Assembly (NCBI GenBank): GCA_963796055.1
Contig: CAWCKH010000002.1
Location: 64,001 to 128,000, forward strand
Source: an uncultured delta proteobacterium
GTDB taxonomy: Bacteria > Myxococcota > Myxococcia > Myxococcales > Myxococcaceae
Direction: 5' to 3'
DNA: 64,000 bases
Under the pieces are notes generated by a model. It did not search any database, was not told the DNA's origin, and saw only the letters and a list, made by a program, of their open reading frames with translations. Made by a program: the position numbers and the translations under genes. Shown one piece after another: positions 10,444 to 23,167 of this stretch. Within the stretch, counting starts at the first letter, position 1, and each line of letters opens with the position of its first letter.

Positions 10444-11310
10444 ATGCTGGCAGTGGTGATGGCCGGCCTGCTGCTCTCCACTCCTCCCGGCGACGTGGAG
10501 CAGGCCCGGGCCGACTTCGAGCGGGGTGCGGCGCTGTACCGCGCGGGAGACTTCCGCGCGGCGCTGGAGGCGTTCGAGGCGGCCCAGGCCCGCGCCCCGG
10601 CGGCCGAGACGCTCTTCAACATCGCCCGCTGCCAGGAACAGCTGGGGCAGCTCGCCGACGCCGTCGAGTCGTACAGCGCGTACCTCGCCTCGGCGCCCGA
10701 TGCACCGGACCGTGCCGCGGTGAGCGCACGCGTCCTGGCTCTCCGCGCGCGGCTCCCGCTCGAGGCCTCGCTGCGGATCTCGGTCGAGCCGCCGGCGTCG
10801 GTGGCGATCGACGGTGAACCGGCAGGGCTTTCACCGGTGTCGGCCCGGCTCAGACCGGGCTCGCACCAGGTGCGGGCGACGCAGGACGGGTACCAGCCCC
10901 TGGAGCGCGAGGTGGAGCTTGCCCCCGGCGCCCGCGTCCAGCTCGAGCTGTCGCTGGTGGCGCTCGTGCCGCCGGTCGCCGCCACCGAGCGGGCGCCCGA
11001 GGCTGCCGTCCGGGACACGGTGCCGCCGGCGAAGACACAGCCCCGTCGCTGGACCTACGTCGCCGCGGGACTGGCCGCCGTGTGCCTCGCCGCGGGCGTC
11101 ACGTTCGGCGTGAGCGCCCACCAGGCGCAGGAGACGCTCAAGGACGGCACACGGCGCAGCGCCGAGCAGGTGCAACAGGTCTACGACACCGCCGTCGCGC
11201 GCAGCGCCGCGGCCAACGGGTTCTACGCCGCCGCCGGGGTCGCCGGAGCCGCCGCGGTGACGCTCTTCTTCCTCGAGCCTCACCTCGGGGCGCCCGCGGA
11301 GGCCCGCTAG
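10444..11310 (+). CDS. TPR + PEGA domain protein
   Basis: Signal peptide, TPR helices (LFNIARCQEQLG), PEGA (VEPPASVAIDG..LRPGSHQV..GY), hydrophobic C-terminal hairpin. Confidence 0.85.
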   Translation: MLAVVMAGLLLSTPPGDVEQARADFERGAALYRAGDFRAALEAFEAAQARAPAAETLFNIARCQEQLGQLADAVESYSAYLASAPDAPDRAAVSARVLALRARLPLEASLRISVEPPASVAIDGEPAGLSPVSARLRPGSHQVRATQDGYQPLEREVELAPGARVQLELSLVALVPPVAATERAPEAAVRDTVPPAKTQPRRWTYVAAGLAAVCLAAGVTFGVSAHQAQETLKDGTRRSAEQVQQVYDTAVARSAAANGFYAAAGVAGAAAVTLFFLEPHLGAPAEAR

Positions 11311-11361
11311 TGCTCCAGTGGGCCGCCCGGGCGATCGGCACACCCCGGTCGGAGCGCTGAG

Positions 11362-14232
11362 GTGCGTCCCGCGCCGGTCGTTGCCGCGTGCGCGGTGGGG
11401 GTGGTCCTGGTCGTGGGGTGCAAGCTCGACCTCACCGGCGCGACCTGCAACACCAACGAGAACTGCCCGGTCGGGCAGTACTGCTCCGTGCCCGCGGAGT
11501 CGAAGGGGGGAACCTGTCAGCCGGGAGAACGCGTCAGCGCGCTCCTGACGCTCGCTGCGGACCCGTCCATCCTTCCCGCGGGGGGAAGCACTCAGGCCGT
11601 CGCCACGCTGACCGCGCAGGGCGGCCCGCCGGTGCCGGACGGAGGGCTGGTCACCGACCTGGTGGAGTGGAGCGTCGACCCGACCACCGAGGGCATCCTC
11701 TCGGTGGGCAACGACGCCGGCGTGCGCGGTCTGGTGCAGGCGCTCAGACCGGGGCAGGGCATGGTGCTGGGGACGATGACCTTCGCCGGACAGCCGGTGC
11801 ACGGCGCCACCAGCATCGTGGTGAGCAACGCCGAGCTCCAGCGGCTGGTGGTGGTGGCCGACCGACCCCGGTACGCCGCAGGGACGGTCGGGAGCGCAGC
11901 GGCCACCGGCTTCTTCAGCGACGGCTCGCACGCCGACCTCACCTCGCTGGTGAAGTGGTCGAGCAGCGCCCCCTCGGTGCTCACGGTCTCCGGAGCGTCG
12001 GGGAGCTGGGGACGCCTCGGCGCGGGCACCCCGGGCGGGGCGACCATCCAGGCCAGCTACCTGAACGTCAGCGGGTCCACCTCGGTCGCGGTCAGCGACG
12101 CGACGCTGGTCGGACTGTCCATCTCTCCTCCGCAGCCGCGCGGCGTGGAGGGCACCGATCTGCAGATCGAGGCCACCGGCCTGTTCTCCGACGGGTCGGC
12201 GCAGTCGATGAACCGCTCGGTGGGGTGGAACGTCGACGACCAGAGCGTGGGGTACTTCAGCGCGCCGGGCATCGTCACCCTGCTCACCGCGGGAACCACC
12301 GCGGTACGAGCGGTGGCCTCGGGCTTCCAGGCGGCGGCGGCGCTGGAGGTGGCTCCGCGGGCACCCGCCCAGCTGGAGATCTCCCCTGCGCTCCCCGACG
12401 CGCTCCAGCTCCAGGGGACGAGCCGGCTGGCGGCGTGGACCACCCACCAGGACGGGACGGTGTGCGCCGCCACGCCCGGCTGGAGCAGCGCCGACGGCAC
12501 GGTCGAGGTGTCCTCGGTGGGCGAGATCACCGCCGTGCAGCAGCCCGGCGTGGGGACGGTGATCGCCACTGCGGACGGGCTCGAGGCCCGGGCCGCGGTG
12601 GAGGCGACGGACACCGCGGTGGAGGGCTCGCAGGTGTGGCCGCCCGAGCGGGTAGTCCCGGTGGGGGCGGAAGGGCCGCTCGCCTTCGAGCGGATCCTCG
12701 GCCCGGGGATCTCCCAGGACCTCACCACCGCCGCCGGCTGGCGACCCCAGGACCCGGACGCGGGCATCGACGTGGACACGGGCGAGCGCGGCGGGAGGGT
12801 CCGCACGCGGCAGCCGGGGAGCCGCCTGGCGGTGCTCGCCGTGGTGCCCGGGGCGGTGGCCCGGGCGTGGATCCGCGCGCCCGCGGGTGCCCCCACCCTG
12901 GAGATCGTCCCGCCGGCGGGCACGGTCCCGGTGGGAGGGCGCACCCACGTCGCCTCGGTGGGTCACTGGCCCGACGGCACGGTGGTCGACGTGACGGCCG
13001 CGGCGAGCTGGAGCGCCGCACCGGAGGGCATCGTCTGGGCCGGAGACGGGCCCGGCGCCGGGCTCGTGCTCGGGGCCGATGCCGGGGTGACCACGCTGCG
13101 GGTCCGCTTCGGGGACGCCACCGCCCAGGCGCAGCTGAAGGCCGAGCCCGACCCGGGCACGCTGGAGGTCTGGCCCCCCGGGACCACCCTGGCGGCGGGC
13201 ACCGCGCTTCCGCTCGCGGTGACCCTGGTCACTGGCTCGGGGGATTCGACCGACGTCACCCAGGACGCAGTCTGGACCTCCACCCTCCCCGCGGTGGCGA
13301 TCACCACCAATGCCCCCGGACAGCACGGCACGCTCCTCGGGCGCGCGCCGGGAAGCGCGGTGCTGACCGCCCGGGTCGACCGCCTGGAGGCGAGGCTTCC
13401 GGTCACGGTCACCTCGGCCACGCTGCAGGGAGTGGACCTCCATCCACCCCCGACAGTGGTGACCTGGGCTCCGTCCAGCTTCGGCGCGACGGGTCGGTTC
13501 TCGGACGGCACGGTGCAGGACCTCACCGGTCGGGTGAGCTGGGCGCCCTCAGACCGGGGGGTGCTGCGAATCCGCGGCACCGGGCCGGATCGCGGCACGG
13601 CCAGTGGCGTCGACGCCGGCACGGTGCAGGTGCTGGCCCACCCGCTGGGCGGGGCGACGGTGAGCGTCCCGGTGACGGTGACCGGGTCCCCGCCCTCCTC
13701 GCTGGCGGTGAAGTTACCCACCGGCGGGGTGGCAGTGGGCACACGGCCCGGGGCGCAGGCGCTGGCGCAGACACTCGAAGGAACGACCGTCGACGTGACC
13801 GCGCTGGTCGAATGGAGCAGCTCGGACCCGGCGGCGGCCACCGTATCCAGCGTGGTGCGGCCCGGCCGGGTGACGACACTGCGCCCGGGCACGACGACCC
13901 TCGGAGCGCGCTTCGCCGGACTGACCGCCAGCGGTGACCTCCACATCTCGGGCGACACCCTGACCAAGCTCACCCTGTCCGCTCCGGGAAGCCTCTCGGT
14001 GGGCGCCGCGGCGACGGCGGCCGTCACCGCCACGCTGTCCGGGGGAGGTTCCCAGCCGCTCGCGGAGGACGTGGTGTGGTCCACCGACGCCCCGGCCATC
14101 CTCGGCGTCTCCAACGCGCCCGGAAAGCGCGGACGGCTCCTCGGGCTCGCGCCGGGCACGGCCACGCTGAAGGCCCGCACCCGCAGCGGGCTCCCCTCGC
14201 TGCAGGCGAGCACGGTGGTGACGGTCCAGTAG
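11362..14232 (+). CDS. Large lipoprotein with tandem bacterial Ig-like (Big_2-like) repeats
   Basis: LVVGC lipobox, Cys-rich N-terminus, recurring ~90-aa ATGxFSDG..DxT..VxWSS units. Confidence 0.85.
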   Translation: MRPAPVVAACAVGVVLVVGCKLDLTGATCNTNENCPVGQYCSVPAESKGGTCQPGERVSALLTLAADPSILPAGGSTQAVATLTAQGGPPVPDGGLVTDLVEWSVDPTTEGILSVGNDAGVRGLVQALRPGQGMVLGTMTFAGQPVHGATSIVVSNAELQRLVVVADRPRYAAGTVGSAAATGFFSDGSHADLTSLVKWSSSAPSVLTVSGASGSWGRLGAGTPGGATIQASYLNVSGSTSVAVSDATLVGLSISPPQPRGVEGTDLQIEATGLFSDGSAQSMNRSVGWNVDDQSVGYFSAPGIVTLLTAGTTAVRAVASGFQAAAALEVAPRAPAQLEISPALPDALQLQGTSRLAAWTTHQDGTVCAATPGWSSADGTVEVSSVGEITAVQQPGVGTVIATADGLEARAAVEATDTAVEGSQVWPPERVVPVGAEGPLAFERILGPGISQDLTTAAGWRPQDPDAGIDVDTGERGGRVRTRQPGSRLAVLAVVPGAVARAWIRAPAGAPTLEIVPPAGTVPVGGRTHVASVGHWPDGTVVDVTAAASWSAAPEGIVWAGDGPGAGLVLGADAGVTTLRVRFGDATAQAQLKAEPDPGTLEVWPPGTTLAAGTALPLAVTLVTGSGDSTDVTQDAVWTSTLPAVAITTNAPGQHGTLLGRAPGSAVLTARVDRLEARLPVTVTSATLQGVDLHPPPTVVTWAPSSFGATGRFSDGTVQDLTGRVSWAPSDRGVLRIRGTGPDRGTASGVDAGTVQVLAHPLGGATVSVPVTVTGSPPSSLAVKLPTGGVAVGTRPGAQALAQTLEGTTVDVTALVEWSSSDPAAATVSSVVRPGRVTTLRPGTTTLGARFAGLTASGDLHISGDTLTKLTLSAPGSLSVGAAATAAVTATLSGGGSQPLAEDVVWSTDAPAILGVSNAPGKRGRLLGLAPGTATLKARTRSGLPSLQASTVVTVQ

Positions 14233-14285
14233 AGCCAGAGCTTCGTGGCGCCGGGACCGGGGGGGTGCTAGCTCCCGGAGCGGGC

Positions 14286-15662
<1,377 letters not shown>

Positions 15663-15681
15663 CAGCGCCCTGGCGAGCCGA

Positions 15682-17520
15682 TCAGACTGAACGGGGGCGC
15701 TCGGCGTCCGGCAGCTCGAGCCAGAACACGCTGCCGGCTCCGGGCGCACTCTGCACGCCCACCTTCCCTCCGTGCGCCTCCACCACGTCACGGACGATCG
15801 ACAGCCCGAGGCCGGCACCGCCCGGCTCGGAGCCAGGCACCCGGTAGAACTTCTCGAAGAGGCGTGGCTGGTATTCGGGGGCGATGCCCGGCCCGTCGTC
15901 GCGGACCTCGATCCGGACCCCACCGGCGTCCCGCATCGCCCGGACGCGGACCGGTCGCCCCGGCGGCCCGTGCCGCACGGCATTGGAGAGGAGGTTGGTC
16001 AGCGCCAGGTCGATGCGGTCGGGGTCGGCAGTCACCCGCTCGGCCCCTGGCTCGATCTCCAAGTCGATCGAGATCCCTTGTCGGTCGCTCAGGTCGCGGA
16101 CCGCCTGTCGTGCCTGTTCCAGCAGCAGCTCGGTGGAGACCTCCCGGGGATGGAGCTCCAGACGCCCCGAGCGGATGCGGGCCAGGTCCAGGAGATCGTC
16201 GACGATGCCCTGGAGCCGGTCACACTCCTCGCGCGCCGCAGCCACCAGGTCCAGCTGTCGCTCGTTGAGTTGCCCCACCGTCTGCTCGGCCAGGAGGTGA
16301 ATTGCCATCCGCAGGCTGGTGAGCGGGGTCCGGAACTCGTGGGCCACGGTGGCGACCAGGTCGTCCTTCAGCTCGTCGAAGCGCCGGACCCGGGTGATGT
16401 CCTGCAGGAGCACCGTCACCCCGAGCAGCTGTCCCTCGTCGCTCGAGACCCGGTTGGCCCGAGGAAGCAGCGCCCGGTTTCCGTCGCTCGACTCCACCAG
16501 GAGCGCGTCCTCGAAGCCGCGCGGCTGAACCGTGGGGGCGCCCGAGAGCACCTCGTCCCGGATGCGCTCCACCCGCTCCCGCACCGCCGGCGGCGCCGAG
16601 GCCAGGTGTCCGTCCGAGGCGCGAATGCCCAGGATCTCCTCCGCGGCGCGATTGGCGTTGGCCACCTTTCCCTTGATGTCGAAGACCAGCACCGGATCCG
16701 GAAGGCTGTCGATGGTGGCCTGGGCCGCCAGCTGCGCCTCGAGGAGCTCTCCCAGGCTGGAGTCGCGGTAGCGCTGGAGGCTCTCGGCCATGGCATTGAA
16801 GTCGTTCGCCAGCTGGGTGAGCTCCGAGCCGCCGTCCTCCGGCACCCGGACCCGGACCGCGTAGTCGCCCTGCCCGAGTCGCCGCACCGACTGTCCGAGC
16901 ACCGAGACCGGTCGCAGCGCCCGCGAGGTCAGCGCCGCCGAGGCGAGCAGCCCCAGCACCAGCGCCGCGAGCACGCCGCCGACCACCGCGGTCTCCAGCC
17001 ACTCGCTTTGCCGGCGCAACTTGGTGCTCTTGAGGACCATCGCGTCCTGGTTGAGCGAGAGGATCTCGTCGGCGGCGGCCTTCACCCTGACGAAGCCGGG
17101 CTGGAGGACCTCCAGATAGAGCTGCCGGAGCTGGTCCTCTGGCGCGGCGAGGAACCGGTCGTAGTCGCTCTGGTACTGGGTCCAGGCCTCGCGGAGCCTT
17201 CGCGCCGCCTCCGCCTCCCCCGGCTCGGTGATGTTCCGCTCCTCCACCTCCAGCTCGCGCTCGAACGTTGGGCGATGCTCGCGGACCAGCGCCAGCCCGC
17301 GCTCCCGCTCGCCGATGACCAGGAAGAGGGCGGCACTGTCCATCCGCTCGATGGACTCCTTCATCCGCTGTGCGGCCAGGACGCTGCGGTAGTTGTCGGA
17401 GAGGATCCGCTCACCGGCGCGCCCCAGCGCATTGCTGGTGACCACCGACAGCACTGCCACCACCGCCAGGGCCACCGCCAGCGGAGCCTGGGCGATGAGG
17501 AGGCGGCTCCGGAGAGTCAC
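15682..17520 (-). CDS. Membrane histidine kinase (4-helix sensor, HAMP, PAS; KinB-like)
   Basis: Two TM helices; HEFRTPLT H-box; NLLSNA, DDGPGI and GAGLGL boxes. Confidence 0.93.
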   Translation of the reverse strand: MTLRSRLLIAQAPLAVALAVVAVLSVVTSNALGRAGERILSDNYRSVLAAQRMKESIERMDSAALFLVIGERERGLALVREHRPTFERELEVEERNITEPGEAEAARRLREAWTQYQSDYDRFLAAPEDQLRQLYLEVLQPGFVRVKAAADEILSLNQDAMVLKSTKLRRQSEWLETAVVGGVLAALVLGLLASAALTSRALRPVSVLGQSVRRLGQGDYAVRVRVPEDGGSELTQLANDFNAMAESLQRYRDSSLGELLEAQLAAQATIDSLPDPVLVFDIKGKVANANRAAEEILGIRASDGHLASAPPAVRERVERIRDEVLSGAPTVQPRGFEDALLVESSDGNRALLPRANRVSSDEGQLLGVTVLLQDITRVRRFDELKDDLVATVAHEFRTPLTSLRMAIHLLAEQTVGQLNERQLDLVAAAREECDRLQGIVDDLLDLARIRSGRLELHPREVSTELLLEQARQAVRDLSDRQGISIDLEIEPGAERVTADPDRIDLALTNLLSNAVRHGPPGRPVRVRAMRDAGGVRIEVRDDGPGIAPEYQPRLFEKFYRVPGSEPGGAGLGLSIVRDVVEAHGGKVGVQSAPGAGSVFWLELPDAERPRSV

Positions 17521-18671
17521 TCCCGCGCCTCCCCCAGGGGCACCACCTGCACGTCGAGGTCGGTCGCCTCGCGGACCAGGCGGAGGTCCACGGTGCGTCC
17601 GAGCAGTCGGCGAAAGCCGCTCTGGTGAGAACGGCCGATCAGGAGCAGGCCTACGTTGTGGCTGCGTGCGAAGTCGAGCAACGCCGGGACCGGGTCCGCG
17701 GCGCGCAGCCGGACCACCTCGGCCCCGAGGGCACGGGCGCGCTCGATGTTCTCCAGGAGATGCCGCTGCGCCTCGGAGTCGATCCGGTCCGGGGCCTCCT
17801 CCGGGGTCTCCACGTACACCACGAACCAGTCGGTGTTCAGCCGCCCCGCCACCCGGGATCCCCGTCGAAGGAGCTCTGCGGCCCGCGGGGGGTAGGAGGA
17901 CATGCAGACCATGACCCGAGCCCCCGTGGAGCGCGGGACCGCCTCGGAGGAGTCCCGCCGGAAAGTGTCCCGCTCCAGCGATTCGGCCACCTCCCGGAGG
18001 GCCAGCTCGCGCAGGGTGGCCAGGTTCCCCGGCTGGAAGAAGCGCTCCAGGGCCTGCGGCACCTTCTCGCTGGCGTAGATCTTCCCGGACCGGAGCCGCT
18101 CCTCCAGGTCCTCCACCGCCAGATCGAGGTTCACCACCTGATCGGCAGTCTTCAGCCAGGCATCAGGGACGGTTTCCCGCACCCGGACCCCGGTGGCACG
18201 GGCCACGAGATCATTCAGCGACTCGAGGTGCTGGACGTTGAACGCCCCGATGACGTTGATCCCTGCGGCGATCAGCTCCTCCACGTCCTGCCACCGCTTG
18301 CGGTTGCGGCTGCCCGGGGCGTTGGTGTGGGCGAGCTCGTCCACCACCGCAATCTGGGGCTTGCGGGCGAGGATGGCGTCGAGGTCCATCTCCTCGACCT
18401 CCACCCCGCGGTACTCGATCTTCCTGCGAGGGACGACCTCCAGCCCCTCCACCAGGGCCGCGGTCTCCTCCCGTCCGTGGGTCTCCACGAAACCTACCAC
18501 CACGTCGACGCCGCGCTCGCGGAGGGCGTGCGCCTCCTCGAGCATCCGGTAGGTCTTCCCCACCCCGGCGGCGAAGCCGATGTACAGCTTGAGCCGTCCC
18601 CGCTGTCCCTGGCGCACCAGAGCCAGGAAGTCCTCCGCCCTGCGCTCTGGGCGGTCGGGGACCGAGGTCAT
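17517..18671 (-). CDS. kdpD: Truncated KdpD: KdpD sensor + USP domains only
   Basis: GRLKLYIGFAAGVGKTY, VDELAHTN and NVQHLESLND, then a USP domain. No TM or kinase region. Confidence 0.9.
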   Translation of the reverse strand: MTSVPDRPERRAEDFLALVRQGQRGRLKLYIGFAAGVGKTYRMLEEAHALRERGVDVVVGFVETHGREETAALVEGLEVVPRRKIEYRGVEVEEMDLDAILARKPQIAVVDELAHTNAPGSRNRKRWQDVEELIAAGINVIGAFNVQHLESLNDLVARATGVRVRETVPDAWLKTADQVVNLDLAVEDLEERLRSGKIYASEKVPQALERFFQPGNLATLRELALREVAESLERDTFRRDSSEAVPRSTGARVMVCMSSYPPRAAELLRRGSRVAGRLNTDWFVVYVETPEEAPDRIDSEAQRHLLENIERARALGAEVVRLRAADPVPALLDFARSHNVGLLLIGRSHQSGFRRLLGRTVDLRLVREATDLDVQVVPLGEARE

Positions 18672-19285
18672 GGCTTGCCGGTGGCCGTCTTTCCGTCTCG
18701 GTCCGGAGCGCCGAACTGGCGGTCCAATGCCAGATTCAGGGTCAGGACGTTGACCCGCGGCTCACCGAGGACCACCAGGTCCCGCCGCTCGATCTGCGAT
18801 TCGACCAGAGTTCGCACCCGGTCCTCGGCCACGTGTCTCGCCCGCGCCACCCGGGGAACCTGCCACAGCGCGCCGGCGGGCGACAGATGGGGATCGAGAC
18901 CACTGCCAGAGGCGGTCACCAGCTCCACCGGTGCCGGACCCTGGGCGTCCGGGTTCTCGGCCTGGAGCTTCTGCAGCGCATCCACCGCCCCGTCGCGGAG
19001 CTTCTTGCTGGTCGGACCGAGGTTCGAGCCGCCCGAGCTGGTCGCATCCCAGCCGTCCTTGCCCGCCGCCGAGGGGCGGGGGTGGAAGTAGCCCGAGGCG
19101 CTGAAGCCCTGCCCCAGCAGCTCCGAGCCCACGACCCGACCGGCCTCGTCCTTCACCAGGCTCCCGTTCGCACGCCAGGGGAAGAGCACCTGGGCGAGCC
19201 CGGTAGCCACAAACGGGTAGACCAGCCCGGTGAGAACCAGGGTGACGGCGGTGACGCGAAGAGCGACCACGAGTTCCTTGCGCAT
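18668..19285 (-). CDS. kdpC: K+-transporting ATPase subunit C
   Basis: ANGSL, YFHPRPSA, SGSGLDPH and VNVLTLN motifs. Confidence 0.97.
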   Translation of the reverse strand: MRKELVVALRVTAVTLVLTGLVYPFVATGLAQVLFPWRANGSLVKDEAGRVVGSELLGQGFSASGYFHPRPSAAGKDGWDATSSGGSNLGPTSKKLRDGAVDALQKLQAENPDAQGPAPVELVTASGSGLDPHLSPAGALWQVPRVARARHVAEDRVRTLVESQIERRDLVVLGEPRVNVLTLNLALDRQFGAPDRDGKTATGKP

Positions 19286-19295
19286 GATGGCTGCC

Positions 19296-21341
19296 TCAGA
19301 CCAGACCGAACGCGGCGACCACCAGGTCGACCAGCTTGATCCCGATGAAGGGGACGATGACTCCGCCCACGCCGTAGATGAGCAGGCTGCGCTTGAGCAG
19401 CGCCGCCGCCCCCACCGGGCGGTAACGCACGCCGCGGAGGGCGAGCGGGATGAGGGCGATGATGATCAGCGCGTTGAAGATGACCGCGGAGAGCACCGCC
19501 GAGTAGGGCGAGGCCAGCCGCATCACGTTCAGCGGGGCGATCTCCGGATACACCCCCACGAACAGCGCCGGGAGGATGGCGAAGTACTTGGCGACGTCGT
19601 TGGCGATGCTGAAGGTGGTGAGCGTCCCCCGGGTCATCAGGAGCTGCTTGCCGACCTCCACCACCTCCAGGAGCTTGGTGGGGTTGGAGTCGAGGTCCAC
19701 CATGTTCCCCGCCTCCTTCGCCGCCTGGGTGCCGGTGTTCATCGCCACCCCCACGTCGGCCTGGGCCAGTGCCGGGGCGTCGTTGGTGCCGTCTCCGGTC
19801 ATGGCCACCAGCTTGCCCTTGGCCTGCTCCTCGCGGATGAGGCGCATCTTGGCCTCGGGCGTGGCCTCGGCCAGGAAGTCGTCCACTCCCGCCTCGCGGG
19901 CGATCGCCGCGGCCGTCCGGGGGTTGTCGCCGGTGATCATCACCGTCCGGATGCCCATCGCCCGGAACCGGTCGAAGCGCTCCTTGATCCCGCCCTTCAC
20001 CACGTCCTTGAGGTGGATGATTCCCAGGATCCGTGCCCCCTCGGACACCGCGAGCGGGGTGCCGCCGCTGTCACCGATGCGGGAGGCGATCTGCAGCGCC
20101 TCCTCGGGAACCTTGCCCCCCAGGGACTCGATGTGACGGGCCACCGCGTCGACCGCGCCCTTGCGGATGATGCGGCTGCCCAGGTCCACCCCACTCATGC
20201 GGGTCTGGGCGCTGAAGGCGACGAAGTGCGCCTCCTGGTGACCGACCTCGCGGCCCCGGAGCCGGTAGCGCTCCTTGGCCAGGACCACGATGCTCCGACC
20301 CTCGGGGGTCTCGTCGGCCAGGCTGGAGAGCTGGGCTGCGTCGGCCAGGTCCTCGATCCGCACCCCGGCCAGGGGGAGGAACTCGGTGGCCATCCGGTTG
20401 CCAAGGGTGATGGTCCCGGTCTTGTCCAGGAGCAGCGTATCCACGTCCCCGGCCGCCTCCACCGCCCGTCCGCTGAGGGCGATGACGTTCTTGCGCAGCA
20501 GCCGATCCATCCCGGCGATGCCGATCGCCGAGAGCAGACCGCCGATGGTGGTGGGAATGAGGCAAACCAGAAGCGCCACCACCGCGGTGGTGGAGAGGTG
20601 GACCCCGCTGTAGACGGCCAGCGGCACCAGGCTCACGCAGGCGAAGAGGAACACCGCGGTGAGCCCCACCAGGAGGATGTGCAGGGCAATTTCGTTGGGC
20701 GTCCTCTGCCGGGCAGCACCCTCGACCAGGGAGATCATCCGGTCGAGGAAGGACTCGCCGGGGTTGGTGGTGATCCGGACCACGATCCGGTCGGAGAGCA
20801 CCCGCGTGCCTCCGGTCACCGCGCTCCGGTCTCCCCCGCTCTCCCGGATGACCGGGGCGGACTCGCCGGTGATCGCGCTCTCGTCCACCGAGGCGATGCC
20901 CTCGATGACCTCGCCGTCACCGGGGATGTACTGCCCGGCCTCCACCACCACCGTGTCACCCTTGCGCAGGGTGGAGGCGGTGACCTTCTGCTCCCGGCCG
21001 TCGACCAGCTTCCGGGCCTCGACGTCCTTGCGCATCTTTCGGAGCGACGCGGCCTGGGCCTTGCCGCGTCCCTCGGCCACCGCCTCGGCGAAGTTGGCGA
21101 AGATCACCGTGAACCAGAGCCAGATGGACACCAGCCCGGTGAACCACAGCGGCGCGGAGTGGTGTGCCGAACCGATGTCCCGGACGAACTGGATGGTGGT
21201 CAGCAGTGCCCCCACCTCCACCACGAACATCACCGGGTTCCGGATCACCTCCCGCGGAGACAGCTTGCGGAAGCTCTCCCAGATCGCCGGACGGACGATG
21301 GAGGGGTCGAAGAGCGACAGCTCTCGGGTCGTGGAAGCCAT
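19296..21341 (-). CDS. kdpB: K+-transporting ATPase subunit B
   Basis: TGES, DKTGT and GDGTND P-type ATPase motifs. Confidence 0.98.
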   Translation of the reverse strand: MASTTRELSLFDPSIVRPAIWESFRKLSPREVIRNPVMFVVEVGALLTTIQFVRDIGSAHHSAPLWFTGLVSIWLWFTVIFANFAEAVAEGRGKAQAASLRKMRKDVEARKLVDGREQKVTASTLRKGDTVVVEAGQYIPGDGEVIEGIASVDESAITGESAPVIRESGGDRSAVTGGTRVLSDRIVVRITTNPGESFLDRMISLVEGAARQRTPNEIALHILLVGLTAVFLFACVSLVPLAVYSGVHLSTTAVVALLVCLIPTTIGGLLSAIGIAGMDRLLRKNVIALSGRAVEAAGDVDTLLLDKTGTITLGNRMATEFLPLAGVRIEDLADAAQLSSLADETPEGRSIVVLAKERYRLRGREVGHQEAHFVAFSAQTRMSGVDLGSRIIRKGAVDAVARHIESLGGKVPEEALQIASRIGDSGGTPLAVSEGARILGIIHLKDVVKGGIKERFDRFRAMGIRTVMITGDNPRTAAAIAREAGVDDFLAEATPEAKMRLIREEQAKGKLVAMTGDGTNDAPALAQADVGVAMNTGTQAAKEAGNMVDLDSNPTKLLEVVEVGKQLLMTRGTLTTFSIANDVAKYFAILPALFVGVYPEIAPLNVMRLASPYSAVLSAVIFNALIIIALIPLALRGVRYRPVGAAALLKRSLLIYGVGGVIVPFIGIKLVDLVVAAFGLV

Positions 21342-21345
21342 GACG

Positions 21346-23067
21346 CTAGTAGACCTTTCCGGCCAGGCCGGCGAAGTGCTCGACGATGGGGCCCAGCGAC
21401 AGCGCAGGGAAGAAGGTCAGCGCGCCGACGATGAGGACCACCGAGACGAGGAGGAAGGTGAACAGCGGCCCGTTGGTGGGGAACGTGCCGGGCCCGGCGG
21501 GAACGACCTTCTTCCCCACCATTGCCCCGGCGATGCCCAGCGCGGGGATGATCATCAGGAACCGGCCTCCGAGCATCGTCAGGCCAAGCAAGGTGTTGTA
21601 CCAGGGGGTGTTGGCGTTCAGGCCAGCGAAGGCCGATCCGTTGTTCCCCGCGCCGCTGCTGAAGGCGTAGAGAATCTCGCTCAGGCCGTGGGGACCGGCG
21701 TTGTTCAGCGACGACGTCCCCCACTGGGTCACCGAGGCCCAGGCGCTGAACCCGAGGATGATCAAGGGGAAGATGAGGACGTAGAGCATCGCCAGCTTCA
21801 TCTCCCGGCTCTCGATCTTCTTTCCTAGATATTCGGGCGTGCGGCCCACCATCAGGCCGGCGATGAACACCGAGAGCACGACGAACACCAGCATCCCGTA
21901 GAGGCCGGCGCCGACCCCGCCGAAGATGACCTCTCCCAGCTGGATGTTCAGCAGGGGGATCAGCCCGCCCAGTGGGTTGAAGCTGTCGTGCATCGAGTTC
22001 ACCGCCCCGCACGAGGCGTCGGTGGTGATGGTGGCAAAGAGCGCCGAGGTGGAGGTTCCGAACCGCACCTCCTTGCCCTCCATGTTCCCCGAGCGATGGT
22101 CGAGCGCCAGCGAGGCCAGCGCCTGGTTGGGCTTGGCCTCGGCCCAGTGCGCCACCAGGGTTCCGCCGAGGAACATGACCCCCATGGCCGCGAGGATCGC
22201 CCACCCCTGCCGGGTGTCTCGGGCCATCCGGCCGTAGGTATAGGTCAGCCCCGCGGGGATGGCGAAGATGAGCCAGATCTCCACCAGGTTGGTGAAGGGG
22301 CTCGGGTTCTCGAAGGGGTGGGAGCTGTTGGCGTTGAAGAAGCCGCCGCCGTTGGTGCCCAGCTCCTTGATCGACTCCTGGGAGGCGACCGGGCCGAGCG
22401 CCACCACCTGCTTGGCGCCCTCGACGGTGGTGACCTCCTGGTAGGCGGAGAAGTTCTGGATCACCCCCTGGCTCGCCAGGACCAGGGCGAAGATCAGGCT
22501 CATCGGGAGGAGCACGTAGACCGTGCAGCGGATCAGGTCCGACCAGAAATTGCCGAGGGTCCGGGCCGCGCCAGGCGCCAGCCGACGGGTGAGCCCGCGG
22601 GCCAGAGCGATGGCGATGGCGATCCCCGCGGCGGCAGAGACGAAGTTGTGCCAGGCCAGCCCCGCCATCTGGGACAGGTAGCTCATCGTCGATTCGCCGC
22701 TGTACGCCTGCCAGTTGGTGTTGGTGGTGAAGCTGGCCGAGGTGTTGAAGGCCAGCGCCTGCTCCACCCCCCCGAACTTCTGCGGGTTGAGGGGCAAGAA
22801 GCCCTGGAGGCGAAGGATGCCGTAGGTCACCAGCACCCCGAAGAGGCTGAAGATCATCACCGAGCCGGCGTAGCGAACCCAGGTCTGCTCGTCCTTCGGG
22901 TCCACCCCGGAGAGCCGGAAGAGGAATCGCTCCACCGGGCCGAAGACGCGCGGCCAGGGCTGGCGGTCGCCCTCGAACACCCGGGCCATGTAGATGCCGA
23001 GCGGCTTGGTCGTGAGAAGGACCAGTCCTGAATACAGGGCCAGCTGGCCCCAGGCTGCAATGGTCAC
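21346..23067 (-). CDS. kdpA: K+-transporting ATPase subunit A
   Basis: [16 protein letters not shown] and NNGSAFAG motifs. Confidence 0.98.
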   Translation of the reverse strand: MTIAAWGQLALYSGLVLLTTKPLGIYMARVFEGDRQPWPRVFGPVERFLFRLSGVDPKDEQTWVRYAGSVMIFSLFGVLVTYGILRLQGFLPLNPQKFGGVEQALAFNTSASFTTNTNWQAYSGESTMSYLSQMAGLAWHNFVSAAAGIAIAIALARGLTRRLAPGAARTLGNFWSDLIRCTVYVLLPMSLIFALVLASQGVIQNFSAYQEVTTVEGAKQVVALGPVASQESIKELGTNGGGFFNANSSHPFENPSPFTNLVEIWLIFAIPAGLTYTYGRMARDTRQGWAILAAMGVMFLGGTLVAHWAEAKPNQALASLALDHRSGNMEGKEVRFGTSTSALFATITTDASCGAVNSMHDSFNPLGGLIPLLNIQLGEVIFGGVGAGLYGMLVFVVLSVFIAGLMVGRTPEYLGKKIESREMKLAMLYVLIFPLIILGFSAWASVTQWGTSSLNNAGPHGLSEILYAFSSGAGNNGSAFAGLNANTPWYNTLLGLTMLGGRFLMIIPALGIAGAMVGKKVVPAGPGTFPTNGPLFTFLLVSVVLIVGALTFFPALSLGPIVEHFAGLAGKVY

Positions 23068-23077
23068 GGGAATGCCC

Positions 23078-23167
23078 TCAGAAGCGTTCTGCGCGCACCA
23101 GCGCGTAGACGAGATAGACGGTCAGCAGCACCGCCACGATGCTGCCCAGGAGGTCGTCGAGGTTCAT
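23078..23167 (-). CDS. kdpF: K+-transporting ATPase subunit F, 29 aa
   Basis: Read manually: MNLDDLLGSIVAVLLTVYLVYALVRAERF (YLxYAL..ERF signature), directly upstream of kdpA. Confidence 0.93.
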   Translation of the reverse strand: MNLDDLLGSIVAVLLTVYLVYALVRAERF

